A stretch of DNA of 64,000 nt from Eledone cirrhosa (lineage: Eukaryota). The notes beneath the pieces were generated by a model, which ran no database searches, was not told the DNA's origin, and saw only the letters and a list, made by a program, of their open reading frames with translations. Where the stretch lies: positions 190,712,001 through 190,776,000 of the forward strand of contig OZ024741.1 of assembly GCA_964016885.1 (NCBI GenBank), read 5' to 3'. Shown here piece after piece: positions 61,862 through 64,000 of this stretch (the first letter of the stretch is position 1; each line of letters begins with the position of its first letter). The position numbers were made by a program, and so were the translations under genes.

Positions 61862-62990
61862 ATTTCTGAATTTGTTTTGCAAGATTTCTTATCTGAAAAT
61901 GTGCGTTGAAACAGATATTGTTATACTTTGGGAGGGTCATGCTGCCAATAAAAACACACTTCAATTTATTATAAATTTCCAGTTGGTTGGTTGGTTCGAT
62001 AACTGGAAGGATGTTTATATATTGTCAAAGCTCTTTTGTCACACATTCTGTGACCTCCTCAGTGACTAGGTTTTATTTTGTGTCTCTCTCCTTTGTTCTG
62101 TCCTACACCATCTTGTTTTTATGTGTTGTGTGCTTAGTTTGCGCATGTGTTAAATCCGTGTATGTATGTGTTTTTATTTATTTATTTATGTGTTTACTTA
62201 CTTGTCACTAGTTGGTTGTTTGTTCTATCTGTGTGTGTCTGGTTTGTTTTGTTAGCTTGGTTTTTGTGTATGTCTTCATTTTGTCTTTAATTACTAGTTG
62301 TGATGTTGCTATTCCACTTATGTTTTCTGTTTAATTTTGGTTGGAGTTTGTTTATATTTGTTGCCTCAGTGATTTGTCTGAGCATTGCATCTTTTCTGGG
62401 TGTGGATATAATGTTTATCTCTATGTTTTCTAATATGCCGCTATGTTCTATTTTGGCATGTTGGTGGAGTACTGATGAGTTTTTCTCAACCTGGAGTTCT
62501 CGCCAGTGTTCACTTATCCTTTCTCCTATGCTACAGGCTGTTTTACCTATGTATGTTGTGTTCTTATTCCTACACTGTCCCTCAGTACATCTTATGTTAT
62601 ATATTACATTCCTAGTTTTGTAGTTAGTTTGTGGGCTCAGCTTGCAGACTATGTATTTCCTATCAGCACAGGGGGATCTTTGAAATGGGTATGTTTTGCT
62701 AATTAGAGTTTTTATGGGAATACCGGGTCTTTCAACTATCTTAATATTTAATTTGAGCTTCTCTAGGGCCCTTCTAAATCTATAAGCTAGTTCGCCACTA
62801 GGGGTTGTATTGACGAACATTACACTCTGGTATTTATTGCTATCATATCATGAGTTTATTTGCCTTATTCCTAATCCTTTCTATTTTATTCCAAAATTTG
62901 CTCCTATACATAGGGTAAGTAATAAATTGAAGTAAAAACCAACTGGTGCATGTGTTTTTATTGGCAGCATAACCCTCCCAAAGTATAACA
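61862..62990 (-). mobile_element. PLE of a second subtype: GIY-YIG ORF end, pLTR, and short inverted pLTR tail at ~62920-62990
   Basis: 62920-62990 is a reverse-complement match to ~61918-61975; HHR at 62024-62066. Confidence 0.8.
62287..62820 (-). pseudogene. PLE linker plus GIY-YIG endonuclease (5'-truncated)
   Basis: FVNTTP...IKIVERPG...NVIYNIRC...C...YIGKT..SIGERISEH...HQH...H...RQITEA..I....PKLNRK. Confidence 0.85.
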
Positions 62991-64000
62991 TTATATATAT
63001 ATATTTGTAAAGGCATGTGGCTGAGTGGTTACAGAATTGGATTCACAATTGTGAGGTTGTGAGTTCCATTCCTGGACCATGTGATGCGTTATGTCCTTGA
63101 GCAAGACTCTTAATTTCATGTTACTCCTTCTACCTGGAGTTTTGACTGATAGATAGTGTTAGCAATTGGAAAAACCAATGGAAACATTGTTTCCTTGGTC
63201 CAATTTGACGAAAGTCAATCGACTGTTGATATATATATAAATATATATATATATATCATCATCATCATCATCATCATTCCATTTTACGTCCGCTTTTTCC
63301 CTGCTTGCAAGGGTGGGACGGGAACTGGCTTGATTTTTACAGCTGGATGCCCTTCCTAACACCAACCTCATTTACAGTGAGTGCTGGGTGCTTTTTTGCC
63401 GTGGCACCTCCACGACCACTTTGCAGTGGAATGATATGGACCCCAGTCCCTATCATCTCATTTCTACAGCTGAGTAAACTGGAGCAATGTGAAATAAAGT
63501 GTCTTGCTCAAGGAAACAACACATCACCCGGTCTGAGAATTGAATTCACAACCTTTCGATTGCAAGGCCAATGCTCTAACCACTAAGCCATGTGCCTCCA
63601 ATATATATATATACATATTTGCATCATCATTTAACATTGGCCATCACTGTTAGCAAGGTTTACATGTATATAAATATACATACACACACATGTATGTATG
63701 CCTATATATGTATGTACAAATGGAAGTTTAGTAAAATAGAAGTTTTTCTGTCGCCAAGCTAACAATATACAATTAGGAATGTGCAGCTAAGCACTCAATA
63801 AGGTTGGGTCACCTTAGAGTAATAACATACATTAGATAGCTTGACAAGATAGCTTGACAAATTGAAAACTGCGGCAGGCGAAAAACCAAAGCAACCAGGT
63901 TACATATATATGTATGTAGGTTATATGTATGTATATGTATGTATATGTATATGTATCTATTTAAATGTTTTGTTGTTGGAAATACTTGTAATTTAATCTC

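Noticed and set aside
63617-63624. Octamer ATTTGCAT near the window end
   Set aside because: No HHR or companion block at the expected distance; likely chance in AT-rich DNA.

Overview
AT-rich, microsatellite-dense animal genomic DNA, most likely a coleoid cephalopod such as Octopus (inferred from repeat content, not proven). The only host-gene signal is two spliced + strand exons (23886-24051, 28130-28371) of a tandem PLAT/LH2-domain, LOXHD1-like protein. The rest is mostly mobile DNA: Penelope-like element (PLE) fragments with GIY-YIG remnants and fold-back pLTRs in (TA)n tracts, R4/Dong-, Tx1-, RTE- and CRE-like LINE pieces, two SINE superfamilies, a Tc1, a maT/DD37D-like element and a deleted Helitron. 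The main signal missed by the ORF track is RNA. By eye I can fold about 25 type I hammerhead ribozyme (HHR) motifs from roughly 18 sequence families, including core variants (a U3-A8 swap) and stem II insertions of up to about 107 nt. Three loci (17737-17891, 20998-21775, 51504-52652) define a non-coding retrozyme/satellite-2-like superfamily: an octamer (ATGCAAAT-like) box 80-92 nt upstream of a compact HHR in all three. The two tandem arrays (466- and 469-bp monomers) also share a second conserved block and a 3' terminus next to (TA)n, and one array starts at its own predicted cleavage site. All folds and alignments were done by eye, and repeat boundaries are approximate.
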